DNA from: Candidatus Methylomirabilales bacterium
GTDB lineage: Bacteria; Methylomirabilota; Methylomirabilia; Methylomirabilales; JACPAU01
Direction: 5' to 3'
Assembly: GCA_050732195.1 (NCBI GenBank)
Contig: JBOHQK010000128.1
Location: 1-57,695 of the forward strand
DNA length: 57,695 bases
How positions within the stretch are numbered: the first letter of the stretch is position 1; each line of letters begins with the position of its first letter. Shown one piece after another: positions 9,856-19,064 of the stretch. The notes below the pieces were generated by a model. It worked only from the letters and a program-made list of their open reading frames with translations, was not told the DNA's origin and searched no databases. A program made the position numbers and the translations under genes.

Positions 9856-10533
9856 ATGGCGTTCCCGCGGGACCCCGCCCACGCCCTCTGCGTCATTACG
9901 GATGAGGTCGTCTCGGGCCGGAGCCACGAGGCCCTCGGGGAGGCGGCCCTGAGAGGGGGTGCCCGCTTCCTCCAGCTCCGGGACAAGCGGGGAGACCTGC
10001 GGCGGCTCCTCGAGGCCGCGCGGACGCTTGCTATAGCCTGCCGCGAGGCCGGTGCCCTCCTCGTCATCAACGATCGCCTGGACCTGGCGCTGGCGGCGGG
10101 TGCGGACGGCGTGCATCTGGGGCAGGAGGACCTCCCGGCAGCGCTCGCCCGCCCTCTCCTGGGCGGGAGCCGAATGCTGGGGGTCTCGACCAACCGGCCG
10201 GAGGAGGCCGCCGCCGCCGAGAAGGACGGGGCGGATTATCTGGGGGCCGGCCCCGCCTACCCCACGGGCACGAAGGAACGCATCCGCCCCGTGCTGGGCC
10301 CGCAGGGCCTCCAGGCGATCCGGGCGGCCACGGGCCTCCCGATCCTGGCCGTCGGGGGCATCACCCTGGAGCGGGTACCGGAGGTCCTGGCAGCCGGTGC
10401 CGACGGCGTGGCGGTCATCTCGGCCATTGTGGCAGCCCCCGACGTGGCCGCCTCAACCCGGGCTTTCCTGGAGGTCCTGGCGGCGAGCTACGCCCGGCGG
10501 GGGACCGGACGCGGGCGCCAAAAATCCTGTTGA
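9856..10533 (+). CDS. thiE: Thiamine-phosphate synthase
   Basis: LQLRDKRGD...LVINDRLDLALAAGADGVHLGQEDLP...GVSTN...ADYLGAGPAYPTGTK...LPILAVGGI are typical ThiE motifs. Confidence 0.9.
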   Translation: MAFPRDPAHALCVITDEVVSGRSHEALGEAALRGGARFLQLRDKRGDLRRLLEAARTLAIACREAGALLVINDRLDLALAAGADGVHLGQEDLPAALARPLLGGSRMLGVSTNRPEEAAAAEKDGADYLGAGPAYPTGTKERIRPVLGPQGLQAIRAATGLPILAVGGITLERVPEVLAAGADGVAVISAIVAAPDVAASTRAFLEVLAASYARRGTGRGRQKSC

Positions 10534-10559
10534 CGGTTCAGGCAGGGGTGGGCTATAGT
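10530..10559 (+). promoter_or_regulatory. Sigma70-type promoter overlapping the thiE stop
   Basis: TTGACG (10530-10535), an 18-nt spacer, then TATAGT (10554-10559). Confidence 0.55.
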
Positions 10560-10825
10560 CCGCCTCGCCTTCCCGGGGTTGGAAACACTGTTTGCGCACA
10601 CCTCACCAGGCCGGTTTTCAGGCCGGACGCCTCCCGCGATTTCCAGGTCCCTTTCTCTCGAGGTCTCCTGGGTCTGGAGGGTGTGGTGTCTCCCCGCGCG
10701 GGCCGGGAGGGTGCCCGATTGAAGGAATCCTCACATCTGGGCCTGGGCGCAGCCTGAAGAGGACGCGGAGGGTGGGCGTCTATATACTCAAGGAGACGTC
10801 CGACGGTATCCGGTCTGAGGAACCC

Positions 10826-11491
10826 GTGGCGGCTGAACCCCGGCACCTCTCGGGCGACACGGCGGGGGCGTTGGAAGAAGCAGCGGCGGCCCTCAGGGCG
10901 GGCGGCCTGGTGGTGTTTCCGACTGATACCCTGTACGCCCTCGGCGCAGATCCCCTGAACGGGGAAGCCCTCGAGCGGCTCGTGCGGGCAAAGGGTGGCC
11001 GGGAGAAGGCCATTCCCCTGCTCCTTCCGGGGCCGGAAGACCTGGGGCGGGTGGCCGCCGAGGTGCCGGGCCTCGCCCTCACGCTGGCGAGGCGGTTCTG
11101 GCCGGGGCCCCTCACCCTCATCCTCCGGGGCCGCTCGGACCTGCCTCAAGCAGTGACTGGTGGGACGGGGACCGTGGGGGTCCGGGTTCCGGCTGGCCGG
11201 GTGGCACTCCCCCTCTTGAAGATGCTGGGTGGTCCGGTCACCGGGACCAGTGCGAACCGGACGGGCGAGCCCCCGCCTCGGCGGGCGGAGGAGGTGGCCG
11301 CGGATCTCCTGCGCCATCTGGAGCTCATCCTCGATGGCGGGGCATGCCCGGTGGGGGTGCCCTCGACTGTGCTGGACCTCACGGTGACCCCGCCGTTCGT
11401 GCGGCGGAGCGGGGCGGTGGGGGTGGCGGCGCTGCGGCGGGTTGAGGGGCTCCAGGGGCTGCGGGAGCCGGCCGAGGGCTCCCCGGCTTGA
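10826..11491 (+). CDS. tsaC: L-threonylcarbamoyladenylate synthase (YrdC/TsaC family)
   Basis: LRAGGLVVFPTDTLYALGADP...KGGREKAIPLLL...FWPGPLTLIL...VGVRVP...GPVTGTSANRTGEPP match the YrdC domain. The start is uncertain: GTG 10826 (GAGGA 4 nt upstream) gives the usual N-terminal length, while in-frame GTG 10772 and ATG 10592 are alternatives. Confidence 0.8.
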   Translation: MAAEPRHLSGDTAGALEEAAAALRAGGLVVFPTDTLYALGADPLNGEALERLVRAKGGREKAIPLLLPGPEDLGRVAAEVPGLALTLARRFWPGPLTLILRGRSDLPQAVTGGTGTVGVRVPAGRVALPLLKMLGGPVTGTSANRTGEPPPRRAEEVAADLLRHLELILDGGACPVGVPSTVLDLTVTPPFVRRSGAVGVAALRRVEGLQGLREPAEGSPA

Positions 11492-11621
11492 CTTACCCGC
11501 GGGGGCACGGTAGGGTTAGCCCGCGGCCGGGCCAGAGGGCCCTGGCGAAGGAGGTGAGAGGCGAGACCAGAGCGGGGCGCACAGGGTGTCATGAGGTGAC
11601 CGCTGAAAAAGGGAGAAGAAG

Positions 11622-12830
11622 ATGGCGAACGTCAGACTCGTACGATTGCTGATCGTGCTGGCCGCAGGGGTGGCGCTCCTGATGGGGCCGCCGGCCGAGG
11701 CCCAGCAGAAGGGGACCATCAAGATCGCCACCCAGAGCCCCCTCTCGGGCGAGCAGGCAGCCCTGGGGGAGGGGATCAAGCTGGGGGCTCAGCTGGCTGT
11801 TGACAAGTTCAAGGGCCCCCTGGAGAAGATGGGGTTCAAGGTCCAGTTCGTGCCGTACGATGACCAGGCCAAGCCCGACGTGGGTGTGGCCAACGCCAAG
11901 AGCATCGTGGCCGACCCGGACATCCTCCTGCTCGTCGGCCACCTGAACTCGGGCGTGGCCCTGCCGTCCTCGGAGATCTATAAGGAAGTGGACCTGGGCA
12001 TGATCTCCCCCGCCAACACCAACCCCCTCATCACCGACCGGAACTACAAGAACGTGAACCGGGTGTGCGGGCGGGACGATGTCCAGGGGGACGTGGGGGC
12101 CACCTTCGCGAAGGAGCAGCTCAAGGTCAAGAGCGCCTACGTCCTGCACGACAAGACCCTCTACGGCCAGGGGGTGGCAGAGTTCTTCCGCGACAAGTCC
12201 AAGAAGCTCGGCATCGAGGTCCTGGGCTTCGAGGGGACCGAGGAGAAGGCGAACTTCGACCCTATCATCACGCCCATGAAGGCCAAGAACCCGGAGCTGA
12301 TGTACTTCGGGGGGATCTACAACCAGGCGGCGGTGTTGTTGAAGCAGGCGCGTGAGAAGGGGATGGCGAAGGCCCTGTTCCTCGGGCCGGACGGGATGGA
12401 CTCCTCGGAGATGGTGAAGATCGCCGGCAAGGCAGCGGTGGGGATGTACTACACCACTGTCGTGGGGCCGCCCACCATCTACCCCGAGGCGAAGGGGTTT
12501 ATCACTGAGTACAAGAAGAAATTCGGCAAGGACCCGGAGCCTTTCGCCGCCCAGGCCTATGACTCGACGGCCCTCGGCTTGAAGGCTATCGAGGCCGCCG
12601 CCAAGGCGGCGGGGGATAAGAAGCCCGCGCGGGCGGCCGTGACGGCCGAAATCCGGAAGGTGAAGAACTTCAAGGGGATCACCGGGAACATCACCTTCGA
12701 CGACAAGGGCGATCCGGTGAAGGCGAAGTACTTCATCATCCGGGTGATTTCGGACGATCCGGCCAAGTGGGGGGACAACAAGCTGATCAAGACCCTGGAG
12801 ATCGCTGCCCCACCGTTGAAGAAGATGTAG
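11622..12830 (+). CDS. Branched-chain amino-acid ABC transporter substrate-binding protein (LivJ/LivK family)
   Basis: Signal peptide followed by KIATQSPLSGEQAALGEGIKLGAQLAVD...HLNSGVALPSSEIY...YVLHDKTLYGQGVAEFF, typical of type I periplasmic binding proteins. It is followed by livHMGF. Confidence 0.9.
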   Translation: MANVRLVRLLIVLAAGVALLMGPPAEAQQKGTIKIATQSPLSGEQAALGEGIKLGAQLAVDKFKGPLEKMGFKVQFVPYDDQAKPDVGVANAKSIVADPDILLLVGHLNSGVALPSSEIYKEVDLGMISPANTNPLITDRNYKNVNRVCGRDDVQGDVGATFAKEQLKVKSAYVLHDKTLYGQGVAEFFRDKSKKLGIEVLGFEGTEEKANFDPIITPMKAKNPELMYFGGIYNQAAVLLKQAREKGMAKALFLGPDGMDSSEMVKIAGKAAVGMYYTTVVGPPTIYPEAKGFITEYKKKFGKDPEPFAAQAYDSTALGLKAIEAAAKAAGDKKPARAAVTAEIRKVKNFKGITGNITFDDKGDPVKAKYFIIRVISDDPAKWGDNKLIKTLEIAAPPLKKM

Positions 12831-12850
12831 TCGAAGGCCTTCCACGACAC

Positions 12851-12876
12851 CAGGGGGGCGGGCAACCGCCCCCCTG
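12851..12876 (+). terminator. Strong hairpin after the binding-protein gene (possible partial terminator or mRNA stabiliser)
   Basis: CAGGGGGGCGG-GCAA-CCGCCCCCCTG is a perfect 11-bp stem with a GNRA loop, followed by ctgttgct (weakly T-rich), 21 nt after the stop codon. Confidence 0.45.
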
Positions 12877-12901
12877 CTGTTGCTAGCCCACTGGAGCACG
12901 C

Positions 12902-13867
12902 ATGCAGCTTGCCATCGGCATGTTCCCCCAGGTCCTGGTGGATGGGCTCATCCTGGGCTTCATGTACGCCCTCATTGCCCTCGGGTACACGATGGTCTAC
13001 GGGGTTCTCCAGCTCATCAACTTCGCCCACAGCGAGATCTTCGTGGTGGGGGCCTTCATCGGGGCGGAGATCCTCCTGGGGCTCAAGGCGGCCGGGTGGC
13101 TGGGGAGCGTGCCGCCCCTCCTCCTGGTCCTCCTGCTGGTGGCGGCCGGCATGGCAGCGAGCGGCCTGCTGGCGGTGGGGCTGGAGCGCGTCGCCTACCG
13201 CCCCCTCCGGGGGGCGCCCCGCCTCGTCCCGCTCATCTCGGCCATCGGCGCCTCCTTCTTCCTGCAGGATGCCGTCCGCCTGCTGGAGAGCCTCTGGCGC
13301 AACGCCTTCTACCTCGTCTATCCGACGGTGGACTTTTTCGACACCCGGATCCACTTCGGCGAGGTCTTCGACATCTCCCTGAAGTCCATCATCGTGATCG
13401 TGGCCGCCATCGGGATGCTCATCTGCCTGACCCTCATCGTCAACCGGACCAAGATGGGGAAGGCCATCCGGGCCGTGGCCGAGGACCAGGCCACTGCCAG
13501 CCTCATGGGGATTGACGTGAACCGCATTATCTCTCTCACCTTTCTCATCGGCGGGGCCATGGGGGGGGCGGCCGGGGTCCTCTTCGGGATCCAGTACAGC
13601 CTCATTAATCCCTATACGGGCTTCATCCCGGGCATCAAGGCCTTCACCGCGGCCGTCCTGGGCGGCATCGGGAACATTCCCGGCGCCATGGCAGGCGGCC
13701 TAGTCCTGGGGCTTCTGGAGGCTTTCTCTGCCTCCTACCTCTCCCTGCTGACGGGCGGGGCCTTCGGGGCCGAGTACAAGGACATCCTGGCCTTTTCCCT
13801 GTTGATCGTGATCTTGATCTTCCGGCCGCGGGGGCTGCTGGGCGAGGTGGTGGCCGAGAAGGCTTAG
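12902..13867 (+). CDS. livH: Branched-chain amino-acid ABC transporter permease
   Basis: GLILGFMYALIALGYTMVYGVLQLINFAHSEIF...RAVAEDQATASLMGIDVNR... matches the LivH family. It is multi-pass hydrophobic. Confidence 0.9.
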   Translation: MQLAIGMFPQVLVDGLILGFMYALIALGYTMVYGVLQLINFAHSEIFVVGAFIGAEILLGLKAAGWLGSVPPLLLVLLLVAAGMAASGLLAVGLERVAYRPLRGAPRLVPLISAIGASFFLQDAVRLLESLWRNAFYLVYPTVDFFDTRIHFGEVFDISLKSIIVIVAAIGMLICLTLIVNRTKMGKAIRAVAEDQATASLMGIDVNRIISLTFLIGGAMGGAAGVLFGIQYSLINPYTGFIPGIKAFTAAVLGGIGNIPGAMAGGLVLGLLEAFSASYLSLLTGGAFGAEYKDILAFSLLIVILIFRPRGLLGEVVAEKA

Positions 13868-13877
13868 GGCACGGCCG

Positions 13878-15215
13878 ATGCGGAAGGCGATCGCCCTCTT
13901 CCGGGAGTGGGATCTGCTGGGGTGGCGACGGTGGCCCCCTGCCCGTTTGCTCTGGGTGACGGTCTTCATCGCCCTGAGCAGCAGCCTCGTCTATCTCTTT
14001 CCCCGATCCATCCTGGCCTTCCTTCTGTTCCAGGCCTGTCTTCTGGTCATCTACTATGCCGAGATTGGCCGGGCCGCCCAGATCGCCCTCGGCGCCGTCG
14101 TCCTGGGGCTGCTGATGCCTTTCCTGGGGACGGTGAACGGCTACTACCTGGAGATCGCCACGCAGGTGGGGATCTTCGCGGCGCTGGCGCTGGGCCTGAA
14201 CATCGTGGTGGGTCTGGCGGGGCTGCTGGACCTGGGCTACGTGGCCTTCTACGCGGTGGGCGCCTACCTCTGGGCCATCTTCGGGTCCCGGCAGGCGGCG
14301 GAGATCTTCACCAGCGCCGCCTCCGCCTTCCCGTTGTCCCCCTTCTGGTTCTTCGTCTTCATGATCCTGGGAGTCCTCGTGGCGGCCCTCACCGGCATCC
14401 TCCTGGGGCTCCCGGTCCTCCGCCTCCGGGGGGATTACCTGGCCATTGTGACCTTGGGCTTCGGGGAGGTCGTCCGGGTCCTGGCGAACAACCTGGACAA
14501 GCCGATCAATATCACCAATGGCCCCAAGGGGATCACCCCCATCCAGCGCCCACCCCTCTTCTTCCAGCCGGTCCTGCACGCGTTGGGGTTCGAGGCCACC
14601 CCCTCCGTCCTGTACTCCCTCTACTTCTATTTCCTGGTCCTCCTGGTGGTGGTGACGGTCACGCTGGTGACCCAACGGCTGGAGGACTCCCACATCGGCC
14701 GGGCTTGGGCGGCCATCCGGGAGGATGAGCTGGCAGCGGTGAGCATGGGGATCCCCCTGGTCCGGATGAAGCTCCTGGCCTTCGCTTGCGGGGCATCCTT
14801 TGCCGGGGTGATGGGGGTCATCTTTGCCTCCAAGCAGTTCTTCATCAACCCCGAGTCCTTCACCTTCTTGGAATCCATCGGCGTCCTGGCCATGATCATC
14901 CTGGGGGGGATGGGGAGCATCCCGGGCGCCATCCTGGGGGCCACGGTGGTGACGGTCCTGAACCTCCAGGTCCTCAAGGGAATCTCCCTCTGGCTCAACG
15001 AACTGCGCAGCGCGGGGGCCGCGGTCTGGCTCCCCTTCGTCGGCTCCTTCCCCCTGGCCAGCCTTCCGACCCAGTTGGAGCCGGCGAAGTACGAGCGGAT
15101 GGTCTTCGGGCTGATCCTGATCCTCATGATGATCTACCGCCCCCAGGGAATCATCCCCTCCCGGCGCCGCCGGCGCGAGCTGGCCCGCAGCGGCGACGAG
15201 GCTGGCCATGCTTGA
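13878..15215 (+). CDS. livM: Branched-chain amino-acid ABC transporter permease
   Basis: GLAGLLDLGYVAFYAVGAY...LRLRGDYLAIVTLGFGEVVR...WAAIREDELAAVSMGI match the LivM family. Confidence 0.9.
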   Translation: MRKAIALFREWDLLGWRRWPPARLLWVTVFIALSSSLVYLFPRSILAFLLFQACLLVIYYAEIGRAAQIALGAVVLGLLMPFLGTVNGYYLEIATQVGIFAALALGLNIVVGLAGLLDLGYVAFYAVGAYLWAIFGSRQAAEIFTSAASAFPLSPFWFFVFMILGVLVAALTGILLGLPVLRLRGDYLAIVTLGFGEVVRVLANNLDKPINITNGPKGITPIQRPPLFFQPVLHALGFEATPSVLYSLYFYFLVLLVVVTVTLVTQRLEDSHIGRAWAAIREDELAAVSMGIPLVRMKLLAFACGASFAGVMGVIFASKQFFINPESFTFLESIGVLAMIILGGMGSIPGAILGATVVTVLNLQVLKGISLWLNELRSAGAAVWLPFVGSFPLASLPTQLEPAKYERMVFGLILILMMIYRPQGIIPSRRRRRELARSGDEAGHA

Positions 15216-16005
15216 GGCCCGGAAGGTCACCAAGCGGTTCGGGGGCCTGGTGGCGATCAGCGAGGTGGACTTCGCCCTGGAGCCGGGCACGATCGCCAGC
15301 ATCATCGGACCCAACGGGGCGGGGAAGACCACCTTCTTCAACGTCCTGACCGGGATCTACACGCCGGATGAGGGGAGCGTCACCTTCGAGGGGCGGTCGC
15401 TGGTGGGCCTGCGGCCCGACCAGATCACGGCCCTGGGGGTCTGCCGGACCTTCCAGAACATCCGCCTCTTCCCCGAGATGTCGGTGGTAGAGAACGTCCT
15501 GGTGGGCATGCACTGCCGGATCCCCCTGGGGCTGACCGATGTCCTGGTCCGCAACGGACGCTTCCACCGGCAGGAGGATAGGGCCTGGGGGCGGGCGCAC
15601 GAGATCCTGGCCACCGTGGGGCTGGCCGGGAAGGAGGAGGAGCTGGCGAAGAACCTCCCCTACGGGGACCAGCGCCGGCTGGAGATCGCCCGAGCGCTCG
15701 CCTCCAGCCCCAAGCTCCTCCTCCTGGACGAGCCAACAGCGGGGATGAGCCACGGCGAGGCGGTGGTCCTCATGGCGCTCCTGCGCCGGTTCATCAGCGA
15801 GTTCCGTCTGACAATCCTCCTGATCGAGCACAACATGCGGGTCGTCATGGAGGTCTCGGACCGCGTGACGGTGCTGGACTACGGGGTGAAGATCGCCGAA
15901 GGACTGCCCGGAGAGGTCCAGAACGATCCCCGGGTCATCGAAGCCTATCTCGGGCGGCGGCGCTGGGGGGCGGCGGCGGACACGGAGGCCCAGGCCCGTG
16001 CTTGA
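15208..16005 (+). CDS. livG: Branched-chain amino-acid ABC transporter ATP-binding protein
   Basis: Walker A GPNGAGKTTFFN, the LivG-type insert, signature YGDQRRLEIARAL, and Walker B LLLLDEP. Confidence 0.9.
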   Translation: MLEARKVTKRFGGLVAISEVDFALEPGTIASIIGPNGAGKTTFFNVLTGIYTPDEGSVTFEGRSLVGLRPDQITALGVCRTFQNIRLFPEMSVVENVLVGMHCRIPLGLTDVLVRNGRFHRQEDRAWGRAHEILATVGLAGKEEELAKNLPYGDQRRLEIARALASSPKLLLLDEPTAGMSHGEAVVLMALLRRFISEFRLTILLIEHNMRVVMEVSDRVTVLDYGVKIAEGLPGEVQNDPRVIEAYLGRRRWGAAADTEAQARA

Positions 16006-16705
16006 GATCGAGAACGCCCACGTCTACTACGGGAAGATCCACGCTCTGAAGGGGATCTCCCTCCAGGTCAAGGAGGGGGAGATCGTCGCCGTGCTCGGGA
16101 ACAACGGCGCGGGGAAGACCACCACCCTCAAGATGGTTTCCGGCCTCCTCCGCCCCCGGGAGGGGGGGGTCCGACTGATGGGGGAGGTGATCGATGGGCT
16201 CCCGTCCCACCAGATCGTCAAACGGGGAATCGCCCACGTCCCCGAGGGCCGGCGGATCTTCAAACGGCTGACCGTCCTGGAGAACCTGGAGATGGGCGCC
16301 TATGCCCGCCGGGACGGGGGGGTGGGAGCCGACCTGGAGCGGGTGTACACCCTTTTTCCTCGCCTGAAGGAGCGGCGGGACCAGGTGGCCGGGACCCTCT
16401 CCGGAGGCGAACAGCAGATGCTGGCCATCGCCCGGGCCCTGATGGCGCGGCCGACGCTCCTCCTGCTCGACGAACCGTCCATGGGGCTCGCCCCGATCCT
16501 GCTGGAGCAGATTTTCGACACGATCCGGGACATCAACCGCCAGGGGACCACGATCCTCCTGGTGGAGCAGAACGCCTACATGGCCCTGTCCATAGCGGGG
16601 CGGGGCTACGTGATGGAGACCGGTGGCATCGTTCTCGAGGACACGGCACAGGGCCTTCTCAGCAACGAGAACGTCCGCCGGGCCTACCTGGGGCAGCAGG
16701 CTTAG
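15998..16705 (+). CDS. livF: Branched-chain amino-acid ABC transporter ATP-binding protein
   Basis: Walker A GNNGAGKTTTLK, signature LSGGEQQMLAIARAL, and Walker B LLLLDEPS. The start overlaps livG. Confidence 0.9.
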   Translation: MLEIENAHVYYGKIHALKGISLQVKEGEIVAVLGNNGAGKTTTLKMVSGLLRPREGGVRLMGEVIDGLPSHQIVKRGIAHVPEGRRIFKRLTVLENLEMGAYARRDGGVGADLERVYTLFPRLKERRDQVAGTLSGGEQQMLAIARALMARPTLLLLDEPSMGLAPILLEQIFDTIRDINRQGTTILLVEQNAYMALSIAGRGYVMETGGIVLEDTAQGLLSNENVRRAYLGQQA

Positions 16706-16850
16706 AAGATAAGGTTAAGCATTAATGACAATTATATAACAGCCTGTAATATCTGGTGTTACAAACGTATAATCCACAGAGTCGCCTTCCAAGATTCCCT
16801 CCGCTTGTAGATCCATAGATTTCCGAGCAAACTTATGGTAACTTCGGGCC
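16706..16850 (+). promoter_or_regulatory. AT-rich intergenic region upstream of rel containing a perfect -10 hexamer
   Basis: This is about 145 nt of strikingly low GC. TATAAT lies at 16768-16773, with only a weak -35 (TGTAAT with a 17-nt spacer). TAATCCACA (16770-16778) matches the DnaA-box consensus TTATCCACA at 8 of 9 positions. Confidence 0.4.
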
Positions 16851-19064
16851 ATGCTTGAGGCTGAGCCCATCCCCGCCCCGCCTATATCCCCCCCGGCCAT
16901 GGTCCGCCTCGAGAACATCCTGGATAAGGTTCAGGTTTACACCCCGGACGCGGACCTCACGCCCATCCAGCGGGCCTACGTCTTCGCCGCCAAGGCCCAC
17001 CGGGGGCAGGAGCGGCGCTCCGGCGAGCCGTACCTCTCCCATCCCCTGGCTGTCGCGGAGATCCTGGCCGAGCTTCGCCTAGATGTCAGCAGCATCGCGG
17101 CTGGGCTCCTGCACGACGCGGTGGAGGACACCCGCGCCACCATCGAGGAGATCCGCGACCTCTTTGGGGACGAGGTGGCAGCCCTGGTGGATGGGGTCAC
17201 CAAGATCAGCAAACTCCCCTTCGCCACCCGCGAGGATCGGCAGGCCGAGTCGTTCCGCAAGATGCTCCTGGCCATGTCCAAGGACATCCGGGTCATCCTC
17301 ATCAAGTTCGCCGACCGTCTGCACAACATGCGGACGCTCGACCCCCTCCCGGAGGAGAAGCAGCGGGCCATTTCCCAGGAGACCCTGGACATCTACGCCC
17401 CCCTGGCCAACCGCCTGGGGATCGCCCGGATCAAGTCGGAGCTGGAGGATCTGGCCCTCCGCTCCCTGGACCCGGAGGCCTACCGGGACCTTCAGGGCCG
17501 GGTGGCGAAGAAGCGGGCGGCGCGGGAGGGGGAGATCAACGAGGCCATCGCCATCCTCAAGGGGCGCCTGGCCGAGGTGGGGATCCGGGCCGAGATCACC
17601 GGCCGCCCCAAGCACGTCTACAGCATCTATAAGAAAATGCAGAACCAGGGCAAGGACTTCGACGAGATCTACGACCTCACCGCTGTGCGGGCCACCACGG
17701 GGAGCGTGAAGGACTGCTACGGCGCCCTCGGGATCGTCCACACCCTCTGGAAGCCGATCCCGGGGCGCTTCAAGGACTTCATCGCCGTCCCCAAATCGAA
17801 CGGCTACCAGTCCCTCCATACGACCGTGATCGGCCCCCGGGGGGAGCCGGTGGAAATTCAGATCCGGACCCTCGAGATGCACACCACGGCGGAGGAGGGT
17901 ATCGCGGCCCACTGGGCCTACAAGGAGGGGAAGGCCCACCTGGACCCCGCCGACAAGAGCTTCGTCTGGCTCCGGCAGCTCCTGGACTGGGAGCGCGATC
18001 TGAAGGATCCCGGGGAGTTCATGGACACCGTCCGGGTGGACCTCTTCCCGGACGAGGTGTACGTCTTCACCCCGAAGGGGGACGTGAAGGCGTTCCCGCG
18101 CGGGGCCACCCCCGTGGACTTCGCATTTAGCATCCATACCGACATCGGGCTGCACTGCGTCGGGGCCAAGGTGAACGGCCGGATCGTTCCGCTCCGCTAC
18201 GAGCTCCAGAACGGGGACATCGTGGAGATCGTCACCTCCCCCCAGCAGCACCCCAGCAAGGACTGGCTGAAGATCGTCCACACCCCCCGAGCCCGGGGCC
18301 GGATCAGGGCCTGGCTGAAGAACGAGGAGCGGACCCGGAGCGTGGCGCTGGGGCGGGAGTTCCTGGAGCGGGAGATCCGGAAGCTGGGGAAGAGCCCGGC
18401 CCAGCTCCTGACTCCCGAGGCGCTGGCCCCCGTGGTGGAGCGGTACGGGCTGGGGACCGCCGAGGAATTCCTGGCCTCTGTCGGCTACGGGAAGATCTCC
18501 CCCCGGCAGGCGGTGGGGAAGTTGCTGCCGGAGGAAGAGCAGGCCCTCGTGGAGGCCGAGGCGGCGAAGGAGCGGGAGCAGCGGGAGCGCCGGCCGGCCC
18601 CCAGGGTCACCGAGGAGGGCATTCGGATCGAGGGGGTGGACGGCATTCTGGTCCGGTTCGGGAAGTGCTGCACGCCGCTGCCGGGCGATGAGATCGTGGG
18701 CTTCATCACCCGGGGGCGGGGGGTCACCATCCACATCGGCGACTGCCCCAACGTGGACGGGCTGACCTACGACCCGGCCCGGCGGATCCGGGTGGAGTGG
18801 GCCGAGCGACGGAAGACCTCGCACCAGGCAAAGATCCTGGTCACCATCGGCCAGGACCGGCCGGGGCTGCTGGCCGACATCTCCGCCGCCATCTCCTCTA
18901 CCAACGTCAACATCGCCCAGGCGGAGATCCGGGTCACGGAGGAGCGAAAGGGGGTCAACACCTTCGTGCTGGAGGTGACGGACCTCAAGCAGCTGCAAGC
19001 CGCGATGCAGGCGGTCCGGAAGGTGAACGGCGTGGTAGGCGTGGAGCGCATCCGGCGGGGTTAG
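16851..19064 (+). CDS. rel: Bifunctional (p)ppGpp synthetase/hydrolase (RelA/SpoT homologue)
   Basis: HD hydrolase region (AHRGQERRSGEPYLSHPLAVA...LHDAVEDT), synthetase region (RPKHVYSIYKKM...DLTAVR...YQSLHTTV), TGS domain (VYVFTPKGDVKAFPRGATPVDFAF), and a C-terminal ACT-like domain. ATG 16899 (MVRLENILDKV) is an alternative start. Confidence 0.95.
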   Translation: MLEAEPIPAPPISPPAMVRLENILDKVQVYTPDADLTPIQRAYVFAAKAHRGQERRSGEPYLSHPLAVAEILAELRLDVSSIAAGLLHDAVEDTRATIEEIRDLFGDEVAALVDGVTKISKLPFATREDRQAESFRKMLLAMSKDIRVILIKFADRLHNMRTLDPLPEEKQRAISQETLDIYAPLANRLGIARIKSELEDLALRSLDPEAYRDLQGRVAKKRAAREGEINEAIAILKGRLAEVGIRAEITGRPKHVYSIYKKMQNQGKDFDEIYDLTAVRATTGSVKDCYGALGIVHTLWKPIPGRFKDFIAVPKSNGYQSLHTTVIGPRGEPVEIQIRTLEMHTTAEEGIAAHWAYKEGKAHLDPADKSFVWLRQLLDWERDLKDPGEFMDTVRVDLFPDEVYVFTPKGDVKAFPRGATPVDFAFSIHTDIGLHCVGAKVNGRIVPLRYELQNGDIVEIVTSPQQHPSKDWLKIVHTPRARGRIRAWLKNEERTRSVALGREFLEREIRKLGKSPAQLLTPEALAPVVERYGLGTAEEFLASVGYGKISPRQAVGKLLPEEEQALVEAEAAKEREQRERRPAPRVTEEGIRIEGVDGILVRFGKCCTPLPGDEIVGFITRGRGVTIHIGDCPNVDGLTYDPARRIRVEWAERRKTSHQAKILVTIGQDRPGLLADISAAISSTNVNIAQAEIRVTEERKGVNTFVLEVTDLKQLQAAMQAVRKVNGVVGVERIRRG

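Noticed and set aside
9856-10600. TPP riboswitch associated with thiE.
   Set aside because: thiE starts 4 nt after accC, leaving no leader. I see no CUGAGA / ACCUGAUCUGGAUAAUGCCAGCG-like TPP aptamer motifs upstream or downstream.
10592-10825. ATG 10592 as the tsaC start, giving a 299-aa protein.
   Set aside because: This would add about 80 residues of Pro/Gly/Arg-rich sequence with no YrdC similarity. It would start only ~30 nt after the predicted -10 element, and typical YrdC N-termini fit GTG 10826 much better.
16770-16778. Replication origin suggested by a DnaA-box-like 9-mer in an AT-rich region.
   Set aside because: There is only one 8/9 box, no cluster of boxes and no dnaA/dnaN nearby. 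The gene-orientation pattern points to a terminus, not an origin, in this window.
16715-16918. 67-aa minus-strand ORF in the AT-rich rel upstream region.
   Set aside because: Its start lies inside the rel coding region. It has no SD sequence and no recognisable motif, and is most likely a chance ORF in AT-rich sequence.
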